The notes under the pieces: generated by a model | Database searches by the model: none | Seen by the model: the letters and a program-made list of their open reading frames with translations, nothing else | What the model was told of the DNA's origin: nothing | Program-made: the position numbers and the translations under genes | Shown: positions 1 to 11,480 of the stretch, piece after piece | Layout: every line of letters starts with the position of its first letter | How positions within the stretch are numbered: position 1 is the stretch's first letter | Assembly (NCBI GenBank): GCA_002269645.1 | Contig: NIVC01003974.1 | Span: 1 to 33,114 of the forward strand | Direction: 5' to 3' | Source: Macrostomum lignano | Lineage: Eukaryota | Length of the DNA stretch: 33,114 bases

Positions 1-250
1 TATACACATTTGCAAGTTGGTTCACAATCATTTCTTCCATTCAAATGATCATAAACCAATGTGATATATATGATCTTCTTCGTGGATTTGTTTTTGGAAA
101 TTGAATTCATGTAATACAACCCCCTTATACACATGCTAGCTTTGGTTCATAATCATTTACATGTATTTCTTTCTGTTCAAATGATTGTAAACCAAAGTGG
201 ATATATACTCATAGGATTGTCTTCATGGATTTGTTTTTTGGATTTTTGGT
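1..250. repeat. Degenerate ~125-bp tandem duplication
   Basis: TATACACAT..TTGGTTCAYAATCATTT..TTCAAATGAT..TAAACCAA..GATATATA..TCTTCRTGGATTTGTTTTT(T)GGA occurs at about 1-100 and again at about 126-245. Confidence 0.7.
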
Positions 251-650
251 ATTATGAAATCAATCACTAAAACCCTTTACCTTTGGTTTTTTATTTGCAA
301 CATGAAGTGATAGTGCTATGGTGGATAAATAAAAAGGATTAGAGTGCTTGTCAATTGTTCATTTGCATTTTGATGAAAAAGCAACACTTTTGTCTCTTCC
401 CTATCTCTCTAATGAGGAGCATCACTAATTTCAATGATTGCAAACCAAAGGAATTCCATAATTATCATTATTATTAATATTATTATAGTATTATATATTA
501 TATTGATTTATATATTATATAATGTGAGAGGAGAGAAGAACTCTACCATTTTAGCTATATCCTCTTTGATGGGAAATTTTAGGCCTTGGCAAAGAGAACT
601 TAATATTGTAATAGATCAAGTGTTGAAACTATTGCCAAACTATTGCCAAT

Positions 651-1059
651 TAGAGGTCAGACGAGCAGAAAATTTTGGTCGGCGCGTGAAATTTCGTAGA
701 AATTTTCAAAAGTCGGGCGTGATCGTGATCGTGATTGTGAATTTATATTTGTATACACGTATTTTGAGCCCATAAGTTTCAAGTGTTGAAAATAACAAAA
801 CAAGAAAAGAAATATTTATAAATTGATAATAGCTACTCGGTAATGCTGTCAAGTCAACAAATTTAAAATTTATTACTCTTTTACACATTTGTGTTAACAT
901 ATTTTGGTAAACCAAGTAGAAAAGTTATACTTCTAATAAAAATGTAATAAAGCAAAATTCACGACTGTCGTGAACGGTTTCAAGGAAATAACGATCATTA
1001 AAAAAATGTTTGTGAATTCACGAAATCGTGATCACGATCGTGATCACGTCCAACCCCTA
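651..1059. mobile_element. Non-autonomous hAT-like DNA transposon (MITE), 409 bp
   Basis: Perfect 8-bp TSD TTGCCAAT at 643-650 and 1060-1067. Imperfect 13-bp TIRs (TAGAGGTCAGACG versus reverse complement TAGGGGTTGGACG, 10/13). Subterminal CGTGAT/ATCACG motif clusters at both ends. No ORF. An 8-bp TSD with TAG-start TIRs is typical of hAT. Confidence 0.8.
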
Positions 1060-2870
1060 TTGCCAATATTGGGCTCTTGCAAGATTTTATAATTTTAATT
1101 TTAGTCCTAACTGTTTATAAATGATAAAAGAAGTTGTTAATCAATTTTCTTTCTTTTAAATAAAGTATAAATTTTTGCTTTTTGAGCCACTTTAGCTACT
1201 TAGATTTTTACACACAGAATGTAACAGTATATTTGATATAATATTAGTTTAGGGTCCTTTAAAAATCTTTTTTTAAATACTTCTTGCTAGACAAAGTTAC
1301 GTATAATACAAGAAAAGTTTGTTAAGTCTCAAAAACAGTTTGTAAATATATGATTACTTACTAACTAGCACAACTGCCCTTTGTTTGGAGGGGGCAATCC
1401 CAATTCTATTTAATATTCTTAATTCTTAATATTCTATTTAATATTTAAAATTCTTTTTGGTCAAATATGTTTCATTCTATTTTGGTCAAAATTGAATAAT
1501 ATTTTAAGCTTTAACCTTATAATAGCAACAATATTAGATAAAAAAGAAAAAAATACTCTTATTGTAAGTTAGCATTGTAGTAAATTTTTTTCTAGAGTAA
1601 GAAATCTTATTAATATTATCTACTTTGATAATAATAATTCAATATCAAAATGGTATTATCTGTAAACAAATCTAAAAAGAACCTAAATTTAGAATATAAA
1701 TGCTACAAACCCCTATTAGAATAAGTAAAATTTTCATAGATAGTCATTTGGCACACTTCAAAAAGTATTTGAGCTAGGCCTATCAGATTTGTTGAAGACT
1801 AGACTAAGTTTAAATTCTAAAGATAATATGATAAAAGCCAAAAATCTTTCATTAGCTATAACATAAACTAATTTTAGATTTTTTAAAAAATTAAAGCTAA
1901 TTTAGTCTACCTTAATATTGTGACAAGTCGTAGAAACACCTTATAGTTTATAATTAAGAAAATGGCCATTGTTATAACAAATTCTAGTGTATACAAGGGA
2001 ATTCTAATACATTTGGCATATAATCATGGCACATGCTAAGGTCTTTATGTATATAGTGCACAACTTTTTAGCAGCTATTGTAAAACATTTGTTAAATGAT
2101 TTTGAATTTTTTATTGTTTAATTAATTAATTTTTGTGTATATTTTACATAGTTGTTTATAAAGGGATAGAGAAGTAGAACTCCTATTGTGCCAGAATTCC
2201 ATTCATTGAAATGCATCTTCTTCATCAGCGTTGCAAGATCTTTTTAGCAATATGTCTCTCCTTTCAAAGTTTAAAACTCAAGGAACAATTATTAGCATTT
2301 GAAACTTCTCAATTTAAAGCATTGAAGTATTGAGTAAGTTCATTGCCTGCTATGTTAATTTCACTATCTAGCTAATACACAGGGCTGCTATTGATAATAA
2401 AACCAATTGAATCTTGATATAGTAGCACCCAGTTAAATGATCACATGGTTTGTCAGCCCTTCTATTGCCAAGACATCAATGTAGCTGATCTTCCTACCAC
2501 CCCACAAAATGTACACAGTTCAATTTAATAGTGCAAATGGCCACCCAACTTCTCTCTAGCAAACAAGCATTAAAATTTATTTGTACCCTTTATAGGGAGG
2601 GTTATTTGCATTGAATGTATCCACCCTCCAATACATAGTGACAGTTATAAATTAATTGCCATCTTCCTTCTACCCTTTTTAAAAACATGCCACCACCCCT
2701 CCATTGGAGAGACAAAGTGGCCAAAGAAGGTTGAAAATTTTTTTTTGCTTTTTTTAAAAAGACTAATGCTTGTAGTTTTTAAATTTCCAACATTAAAATA
2801 GCTTTTAGTTCTGTAGGAAAATTCTATTGATAATATATAGTCATAAATTTGTATTGGTAGCTATTTAGGA

Positions 2871-2872
<2 letters not shown>

Positions 2873-2913
<41 letters not shown>
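2873..2913. repeat. (AT)n microsatellite, ~20 units
   Basis: Uninterrupted AT dinucleotide run. Confidence 0.97.
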
Positions 2914-2916
<3 letters not shown>

Positions 2917-4643
2917 AGCTAGCTAGTCTGCTTTGCTCTAGATATAAGATAACATACATATTAATATATAATTAGTAAATATAATAAATTGTCTTCCAAA
3001 AATTTATTTTGGCATACTATATTACCTTGACTATGGCTTTTATCTCTAGTTTCACTTTAAAATGCTTACAAAATTATCTAGGCTCTAAATATAATGGCAA
3101 ATATAGTCAACCTCCTATTCTTTTTTGTAGTTTTTATGCTAGTTATTTTAACTATTGCTAATGGAATGATGATATTAGAAAATAATAGCATGATAGTTAT
3201 TACTAAGTTGATTTGTCATTCCAATGCTCATAGCTCATGGGATCTTCTGTTGACAAATACTTGGAGACCTTTGACTTGACAAAACACAGTAGCTATTGAT
3301 GGTTAACACTACCTTATTGTGCTTGCTACTTTCTATAATTATTTCAAAAGGGAGCATTAGCTTCTTATCTATACACAGTATTGATTGTGGCTCATTTAGC
3401 AAAATTAGGATATTGTTATTGGCACTACTACTAGTATGGGGATTCACTTCTATTGGCTGATATATTTGTTATTCTGTGATTGGCTAGCAAAGGAGATAGA
3501 ATAAAGGCAACAAGAGGCTTGGAAGTTATTGTCATCATAGTAAGCAAAATGGCAAAGACAGCATTACCTTTTGTGCAAATCATAGAATGGTAGAATATAA
3601 GTGTAAATATGTCATAACTGTGTCTTCATATCACTGGTATACCATAACCATTTTCAATTTTAGATGATAATATATGTAATCAATTTTCTCATTTTAAAAA
3701 ATTAATAAATGACTTACAAACTTTTATAGGAATTGAAACAAATTTAGAAGAACATCAATTTCTCAATATAAAAATTTATAATATTTAATTACAATTTTTT
3801 GAAGAATCTTTGCCAAACAAGTATCAATGTTTCTTAGTTGTTCAACTAAATAAGAAAAAGCAAAGAAAGAAAAGAAGAAAAAAGTGGTTTGAAAAAAGAT
3901 AAAAAGGCAAAACAAAGTAACAAAGCAAAAGAATAACAAACAAATAAAGTTGCATAATAAGCTAACTTATTTGCATTTGCAGTCAAAAGTACAAAATTAT
4001 TATGAATTATGGCTAGATATGCTGGACAGCATCTACTAAACCCCTATCAGTTGCAATAATGGCATCTGTGTCTTTTATAAGCATCTGAATTGCAATGAAA
4101 TTGAAAACCAAGGATGCCAGCTGACATCAGTCGATGAATTCAAAATCAAATAGATTGCCAACATCTCTACCTGAGGTTTTTTGTGGTATACAGGCGCCAT
4201 GGCATCCTGGATTTGGACCCCCAATGCCAAATTGACACCCGGTTTTTTTCTGAGATTGTTGCCAACTTATCTAAACTTGTTATAAGCAAATTCAATTATC
4301 CGATGGTTGATCTAAAATTGGATAGAATTCAGTAGAATAACAATTTAGTGCATTGGGAATTTGGGACTTGGGTCAGAGGCTCAGTCAGAGCAGTGTGGGG
4401 GCGCAGGTTAAAGATATTGGAATTTTCTTAATTTTGAACTTTTTTATTGATGTCACCTGGCATCTTGGTATTTAGTTTGGCATCGGGGTCGCGATATAAA
4501 ATGACGTGACATTGAGTATGGGATGTAGATGCCAATGCCAGCCATTGCCAATGTGAAAGCTGACAGCTACAGGCACATATTTAACATATTATTCACATTT
4601 ATTCACTTACACTGAAAGCCTGTTCCTGCAAATATAATCCTAG

Positions 4644-5000
4644 ATGAAAAGCCTACTGGATCACCGGCCACCAGTGTCGCGGCAAAAAATGTCCATGATC
4701 ACTAAATCGGCTATACGGGGCATCAAATTCTACAAGCACATTGTGCAAAGCGTTGAAAAGTTCATTCAAAAGTGCTCGCCAGACTACAAAGTTCCCGGCC
4801 TGTACGTCATGGACGCCATCATACGGCAGAGCCGGCATCAGTACGGCGCAGAGAGAGACGTGTTTGCGCCAAGATTTCTAAAGAATCTGCTGCCCACATT
4901 TCAACAGCTGTTTCGTTGCGACGAAAAAGACCGACCGCTGGTTGTTCGGGTATTGAATTTGTGGCTGAAAAATGAGACATTTCCGCCGGAAGTTATTCAG
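4644..5000 (+). CDS. SCAF4/SCAF8: SCAF4/SCAF8-like gene, exon encoding the CTD-interacting domain (CID)
   Basis: KFYKHIVQSVEKFIQKCSPDYKVPGLYVMDAIIRQSRHQY..DVFAPRF..VRVLNLW closely matches the SCAF4/8 CID. Acceptor TAG at 4641-4643; donor GTAATT at 5001 (phase 0). About 10 N-terminal family residues are missing, so an upstream exon is expected. Confidence 0.93.
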
Positions 5001-5096
5001 GTAATTAATTGGGACAATTCTAGGTGGGATTTATTTTGGGTTAATCTATGGAATTCCAGGGTCCTTTGAAATGTTTGGCCTTTTTCAGGGTCCTTT

Positions 5097-6006
5097 AAAA
5101 CTGAGGGCTGTTCCATGGTCCTCTGAAACTGAGGGCTGTTCCATGGTCCTCTGAAACTGAGGGCTGTTCCATGGGCCTCTGAAACTGAGGGCTGTTCCAT
5201 GGGCCTCTGAAACTGAGGGCTGTTCCATGGGCCTCTGAAACTGAGGGCTATTCCATGGGCTTCTGAAACTGAGGGCTGTTCCATGGGCTTCTGAAACTGA
5301 GGGCTGTTCCATGGTCCTCTGAAACTGAGGGCTGTTCCATGGGCCTCTGAAACTGAGGGCTGTTCCATGGTCCTCTGAAACTGAGGGCTGTTCCATGGGC
5401 TTCTGAAACTGAGGGCTATTCCATGGGCTTCTGAAACTGAGGGCTGTTCCATGGGCTTCTGAAACTGAGGGCTGTTCCATGGGCCTCTGAAACTGAGGGC
5501 TATTCCATGGGCTTCTGAAACTGAGGGCTGTTCCATGGGCTTCTGAAACTGAGGGCTGTTCCATGGGCTTCTGAAACTGAGGGCTGTTCCATGGGCCTCT
5601 GAAACTGAGGGCTATTCTGAAACTGAGGGCTGTTCCATGGGCCTCTGAAACTGAGGGCTGTTCCATGGGCTTCTGAAACTGAGGGCTGTTCCATGGGCTT
5701 CTGAAACTGAGGGCTGTTCCATGGGCCTCTGAAACTGAGGGCTGTTCCATGGGCCTCTGAAACTGAGGGCTATTCCATGGGCTTCTGAAACTGAGGGCTG
5801 TTCCATGGGCCTCTGAAACTGAGGGCTATTCCATGGGCTTCTGAAACTGAGGGCTGTTCCATGGGCTTCTGAAACTGAGGGCTGTTCCATGGGCTTCTGA
5901 AACTGAGGGCTGTTCCATGGGCTTCTGAAACTGAGGGCTGTTCCATGGGCTTCTGAAACTGAGGGCTGTTCCATGGGCCTCTGAAACTGAGGGCTGTTCC
6001 ATGGTC
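5097..6006. repeat. Intronic 28-bp minisatellite (GAAACTGAGGGCTGTTCCATGGGCYTCT), ~32 copies
   Basis: Direct tandem copies; the minus-strand ORFs have a 28-aa period (3 units). One internally deleted unit near 5615. The array fills the intron at 5001-6086. Confidence 0.97.
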
Positions 6007-6086
6007 ATCTATGTGACCCATTCTAATTTTTATGCGCAGTACAGATGCTAATCTAACCGGTCCAATTGTTTACACTTGCCGTTTAG

Positions 6087-6506
6087 TCGCTGCTCAGTCT
6101 GGCTGACAATCCCGAGGACGCCAACCTGCTGGCTCTGGCTCAGGCCCAGGTGTCTGTGGCCATCAACAACCAGGCCACTGCCAGCTCAAGCGGCGGCAAC
6201 TCAGCTCGTCGATTGAAGCGACCGCATCATCACCACGGTCATCATCACGGGCACAGGCAGCGTCAGCATAGTAGCCAAGATTTCGTTGACAACAACGACA
6301 ATCCGATTGGCGCTGGCGTTGCTATGGAAACCATGCCTGTCGGCGACGGCGAATTCGACTACGTTGGCGACAATAGCAACGAGCCCTCTGCTGCTGAACA
6401 GGCCTCGATTGCAATGCCACAGGGTGGTATTATCAGCTCTGTAGCCGAACTGTTACAGAAATTTCAGGACAGCGATGATGTTCGCGACCAGATCAATCAG
6501 CTGCAG
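6087..6506 (+). CDS. SCAF4/SCAF8: SCAF4/SCAF8-like gene, exon with the CID end and a His-rich/acidic linker
   Basis: Acceptor TTTAG ends at 6086. In-frame SLLSLADNP continues the CID (IQ|SLLSLA versus family IQPLLDMA). Donor GTGAAT at 6507, phase 0. Confidence 0.88.
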
Positions 6507-6596
6507 GTGAATGTCCTGATCCAAAGTTTTCATCCAAGTCTTTGTAGCTAGCTATTTGCAGTTTGTTTTATCTCTATTACTTTCCTTTCAAATACT

Positions 6597-7160
6597 GCAT
6601 CTAGAGCTCCATATCTATAGAGCTGCATCTAGAGTTCCATATCTATAGAGCCGCATCTAGAGCTCCATATCTATAGAGCTGCATCTAGAGCTCCATATCT
6701 ATTGATAGCCGCATCTAGAGCTCCATATCTATAGAGCCGCATCTAGAGCTCCATATCTATTGATAGCCGCATCTAGAGCTCCATATCTATAGAGCCGCAT
6801 CTAGAGCTCCATATCTATTGATAGCCGCATCTAGAGCTCCATATCTATAGAGCTGCATCTAGAGCTCCATATCTATAGAGCTGCATCTAGAGCTCCATGT
6901 CTATAGAGCTTCATCTAGAGCTCCATATCTATAGAGCTGCATCTAGAGCTCCATATCTATAGAGCTGCATCTAGAGCTCCATATCTATAGAGCTGCATCT
7001 AGAGCTCCATATCTATAGAGCTGCATCTAGAGCTCCATATCTATAGAGCTGCATCTAGAGCTCCATATCTATAGAGCTGCATCTAGAGCTCCATATCTAT
7101 AGAGCTGCATCTAGAGCTCCATATCTATAGAGCTGCATCTAGAGCTCCATATCCACAGAG
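6597..7160. repeat. Intronic 28-bp minisatellite (GCATCTAGAGCTCCATATCTATAGAGCT), ~20 copies, with a few 30-bp variants
   Basis: Direct tandem copies inside the intron at 6507-7198. Confidence 0.97.
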
Positions 7161-7198
7161 TGAGGCTAAACGTCTATTTTTAAAAATTCCTATCGCAG

Positions 7199-8347
7199 AG
7201 TCTGCAGGAAAAGATTCTTCAGCAGAGCAGCATGCTCAGCCAGCAGCAGATGATCGACCCGGAGATCCTGGCCCAGCTGCAGGTCTTGCTGAAGGAGCTA
7301 ACCAAGACCGCTCGGGCTGCCTTTGAACGCGACCAGGAGGCCCAACGAGCCAAGGATGTGGTAGCTTACGACTACGGAGACGAGTCGGACTCGGACGACA
7401 ACGCGGGCAGCAACGGACTGCAGAGGCAGCAGAGGTCCAAATTGAATGCCGCTTATCCAGCAACCAGCGGCGGTGTTGATCAGAACTTTCTTGACCAGCT
7501 GCAACAGATGACGGATATGCTGGAGCAGACTCGAGTGCTGCAAGAGCAGCTGCAGTCGGCTATGATGCAGCAGCAGCTGGAAGAAGCTGAGCAGCAGCAG
7601 CAGCAGCAACACGAGGAGCAGTTCTACCAGCAGCAGCAGACAGCTCGGCAGCGGCTGTCCTACGAAGAAGGCGAAATTGACGAAGAGGCGTTAGCCAAAG
7701 CAGCTGTGCCTGCTGCTTCCTCTATTAATAAGCTTAGCAACTATAATGACTACGGTATTGATAACAGTGCGCCGAGGGCAGCGCGGCAGTAGAAGAGACC
7801 GGAGCCGATCGCAGTCGTCACGGGCACAGTCACGGACACAGTCATCACAGCACTCGCCATCCGGCGAGATCTCCAGCAACAGCAACAACATCGTCTAGAC
7901 GACGTCGCCGAAGTCACAGCGGCGGCGGTCGCGGCGAGAGCTCGGAGCGTCGCAGAAAAGAGCGCAAGCGTAAATCGTTGCCCCGGTTACGCAATGGTCG
8001 CCTATCGATTGTTAGCGCCACCATTTTTATTGGCAAATTGCAGAAATCCACCACGGAGGCTCGGCTCCGCTCTTTGCTAGAGGAATACGGACAAGTGCAA
8101 GCGCTTGTGCTCATCTCTTCCCGCGGCTGCGGATTTGTAGTCTATTCCAAGCGAAAGCACGCGGCCAAGGCTATTGATAAGCTGCGAAGCACTCGTCTGG
8201 ACGGCGCCAGCCTGCGAGTCGCTTGGGCGCCAAATAAAGGCATTAAAGACTCCGAATTGAAAGAGTACTGGGACGAAGAGGAGGGCTGCACTTATATACC
8301 GTACGAAAAGTTTCCTAGGGACCAGTCTTGGCGCGAACTGCTGCAAG
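7199..8347 (+). CDS. SCAF4/SCAF8: SCAF4/SCAF8-like gene, exon with the Gln-rich region, His/Arg/Ser-rich segment and RRM; contains a 1-bp frameshift near 7765-7790
   Basis: Acceptor CGCAG ends at 7198. Frame 2 is open to a TAG at 7790-7792; frame 1 is open from 7765 and gives ERRRKERKRKSLP..SATIFIGKL..RGCGFVVY..LRVAWAPNKGIK..YWDEEEGCTYIPY, the SCAF4/8 RRM signature. Donor GTGAGT at 8348, phase 1. Confidence 0.88.
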
Positions 8348-8472
8348 GTGAGTACAATTGATATTTTAGTTCGTAATAAAGGGATGTCATTAAGATCAGG
8401 AGCCGTCAAGATCGCCCAACCAAAAAAAATTTTGAATCCTAATTTTTAGCTCAATACTAACAGTGTTGTCTT

Positions 8473-9062
8473 GTCTTGTCTATGGGACTAAATTAGCATC
8501 AAAGTCTTGTCTATGGCAATAAATTAGCGTTAAAGTCTTGTCTATGGCGATAAATTAGCGGTAAAGTCTTGTCTATGGCGATAAATTAGCGGTAAAGTCT
8601 TGTCTATGGCAATAAATTAGCGTTAAAGTCTTGTCTATGGCGATAAATTAGCGTTAAAGTCTTGTCTATGGCACTAAATTAGCGTCTAAGTCTTGTCTAT
8701 GGCGATAAATTAGCGGTAAAGTCTTGTCTATGGAAATAAATTAGCGCTAAAGGCTTGTCTATGGCAATAAATTAGCGCTAAAGGCTTGTCTATGGCAATA
8801 AATTAGCGCTAAAGGCTTGTCTATGGCAATAAATTATCGCTAAAGGCTTGTCTATGGCAAAAAATTAGCGCTAAAGGCTTGTCTATGGCAATAAATTAGC
8901 GCTAAAGGCTTGTCTATGGCAATAAATTATCGCTAAAGGCTTGTCTATAGCAAAAAATTAGCGCTAAAGGCTTGTCTATGGCAATAAATTATCGCTAAAA
9001 GCTTGTCTATGGCAGTAAATTATCGCTAAAGGCTTGTCTATGGTACTAAATTAGTGCTAAAA
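8473..9062. repeat. Intronic 31-bp minisatellite (G(T/G)CTTGTCTATGGCAATAAATTAGCGYTAAA), ~19 copies
   Basis: Direct tandem copies in the intron at 8348-9627. Confidence 0.96.
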
Positions 9063-9294
9063 TCCTTGCTAAGTCACTGGTTTGGTGCTCAACGCAAGCT
9101 AGCGAGGAGGCAGCCTACTTATGTCAGTACCAACTTCAGTGTGCATCATTTTTGCTGATCCGTTAAGCATGAACACAAGATGTACAGCAGAGCCTTGACT
9201 TTCTCATCAACGTGAAGCAGTGCACACACCCTTTTGCCTTGGGGGTTGGTCCTCGTAGTGTATCGAAGTTTTACTGATTCGCAAGATAAGAAAA

Positions 9295-9545
9295 GGCGGG
9301 TTGTAGCCTGGTGGTTAGAGCATCGGACTCAACTGAAAGGTCGGGGGTTCGATTCTTAAACTACTCGGAATAATTTGGGGGTGTAGCGACCCCCTTCCCC
9401 AGTCCTTGGACTGAACAGCCGTACGCAGCCTTCAGATGCGCCGCGCAATAGCTGCGGCTGAGCTGTCGGTTGCACATCTGGCCCAATTAGGGCAGGTGTA
9501 ACCAGTTATTATATTTTTATTATTATTTAAATAATATAATGTTAA
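9295..9545 (+). mobile_element. Putative tRNA-derived SINE
   Basis: Pol III A box TAGCCTGGTGG (9304-9314) and B box GGTTCGATTC (9346-9355) at tRNA-like spacing. T-arm and anticodon arm do not pair. A ~150-bp GC-rich body and a (TTA)-like AT-rich tail follow (9506-9545). Confidence 0.72.
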
Positions 9546-9627
9546 ATGAAAAGTCGCGGGCTGGACAGCCTACTTGTGTCAGTAGTAATTTAGGAGTGCA
9601 ATTTATAGCACAATCTATCTATTCCAG

Positions 9628-10274
9628 GCGGCGCGTTCATCGATCAGGACAGCGTGCCGATTGAACTCATCGATCTGCTCCGCGATCCGGATCCGCCCGA
9701 TGCCGCCGATCAGCCGCTGGCTCCGCCACCGCCACCGCCCCCGCTGCCGCCAACCGTGAGCGGCATTGCAGCGCCAGCTTTGAACCTGCCGCCACCGCCG
9801 CCACTTCCACCGCAGCCGCCGCAACGTCCGCCGCTTCCAATGATGCCGCCGAATTTTCATGCGTTCATCCCGCCGCCGCCGATGCCGCCAACTGTGTCTT
9901 CGACGTTGACGTCCTCGACGTCAGCGGCTGCTGATCCGGCACCGCCGCCGGCTATAGTTAGTCCCACTGCTGCTGTTGCTGCGTCGAAACAGCCGCCGCA
10001 GCGAACGACGCTTCTGCCGATGCCGCCGCCGCCGCCGTCGACACAGCCGCCGCAGCAGCCGCCGCAGCAGCCGCATCAACACGTTCGAACCCCGATTCCT
10101 CCGCCTCGTCCTAGGCCGCCTCAGGGATTCTTTCGAGGTGGCATCGGCGGTGGCGGCGGCGGCATTGGTAGCGGCATTCTACGACCGCCGTTGATGCCGC
10201 CGCAGGCGCTGTTTCCTCCTCGCGGCGGCGGTATCGGCGCCTGGCGCGGCGGGATTCGACGTGGCGGATTGTGA
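9628..10274 (+). CDS. SCAF4/SCAF8: SCAF4/SCAF8-like gene, last coding exon (Pro-rich, RGG tail)
   Basis: Acceptor TTCCAG ends at 9627. The phase-1 join gives LLQG|GAFIDQDSVP, resembling family GGMIDQETV. Poly-Pro and RGG motifs run to TGA at 10272-10274. Confidence 0.88.
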
Positions 10275-11480
10275 ATTAAATTTGTGTGTTTTTTTCGGAT
10301 GGCTGTTGGGCCTGGTCGGGGAAGAACAAATCAAGGTCAAACCCGATCGGCTGAAGAAAGCGGGAAAAGTTACTATTTTTTTAAATACGTGTCTGTGTGA
10401 AAATAGCTAGATTGAGCGTATACAATATGATGCGGTTTATGACTTAATTAGTTATTGTGTTTTTGTGTCCCATTTTTCTTATCGCTATCACAATTAGTGC
10501 CGCATGGACTCGCCTGTACATGTGCATTGTTTATCTATTCTGTTGTCTGTTTAACTATTAAATATTTTATTTGGTCTGCGCCACTAATACTAGAAAAACT
10601 AAGATGTGCCAGTCAGCACATTTGCGTGTAAGCTACTTTCAGTTCAGTAGTATTTTAGTAGTAGTATTTTAATGTATTTTTAAAGCCAAGGCTCATTTAT
10701 TGTCTCTTACCCCCCCCCCCGCCTAAACCCTCCAACCGCGCCTTCCACAATACTTCCCGCCCTGCCCCAAATTTTATTGCCTTTCTCGGAATTCCAGCCT
10801 AAAGCGGCCATGTACATTCAGTGGACTGGCTAATGAACATTATTGCTGAACCAATTAGCAAGCTGTTTACGCCTGCAAGCTTGGGCTTCTAAACTTATCA
10901 AAGCCATTTCAGCTGCCTTTATTTTTATAAAATAGCTTATATATTCTTCTTTGCTACTGAACTGAAAGTAGAAAGCAGTTTTACTAAGTACGCGTATATA
11001 TGCCTGAGCTCATCTAGTTAATTTTAGTATCTGTGGGCTGCGCTAGCATTTGTTCCCAACTCATGTAGTGTAGCTCTACCAATAGTACCCTGTAATTTCC
11101 TCCTTGTAATTGCTGTACAGTAAGTCCCTTTCGCAGTTGGTAAAAACCAGCTAAACATCAGCAAATCGGCTCGGTTGGTTTGTTAGGTTTACCATCTCTG
11201 TGGCTTCTATAATACTAAAATAGTTGAAATTTTATTTTCAAATACAACCGGAAAGACAGTTTGTAACCCTGGCAGCCAAAATTTACCTAACTAATTAATG
11301 CTGTACTGGTAATTCTTATTGAATAATAAAATTTCAAAATGGCTAAATTATTAAATTTTATTATTTTTTTGCGATTCGGTTAGCAACTAGATACTCTGGA
11401 TTTAACTTATTAGTCAGATTGAAGGCTTTCAACTGAATTGGTTACATGCACTCTGCTCGTTTGCGGGTGCTAGGGGTAGG

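Noticed and set aside
434-915. Short ORFs in the AT-rich 5' region
   Set aside because: They are low-complexity and overlap the MITE, with no coding signature.
4134-4175. Candidate first coding exon of the SCAF gene (MNSKSNRLPTSLPE followed by GT)
   Set aside because: No resemblance to the family N-terminus (MEAVKTFNSE-like) and a weak donor (GTTTTT). The real exon is probably upstream of the window.
4997-6021. Long minus-strand ORFs with a 28-aa period
   Set aside because: These are translations of the 28-bp intronic minisatellite, not genes.
7160-7170. GTGAG(G/C)CTAAA just after two different arrays (also about 12760-12770)
   Set aside because: Only two short matches, and absent from the ends of the other arrays; probably chance.
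5097-9062. CRISPR-like appearance of the 28-31-bp repeats
   Set aside because: Units are head-to-tail with no unique spacers, there are no cas genes, and the context is eukaryotic introns.
9295-9370. Functional tRNA gene
   Set aside because: A and B boxes are present, but the T stem (GGGGG/CTTAA), anticodon arm and acceptor stem do not pair. It is better explained as a SINE head.
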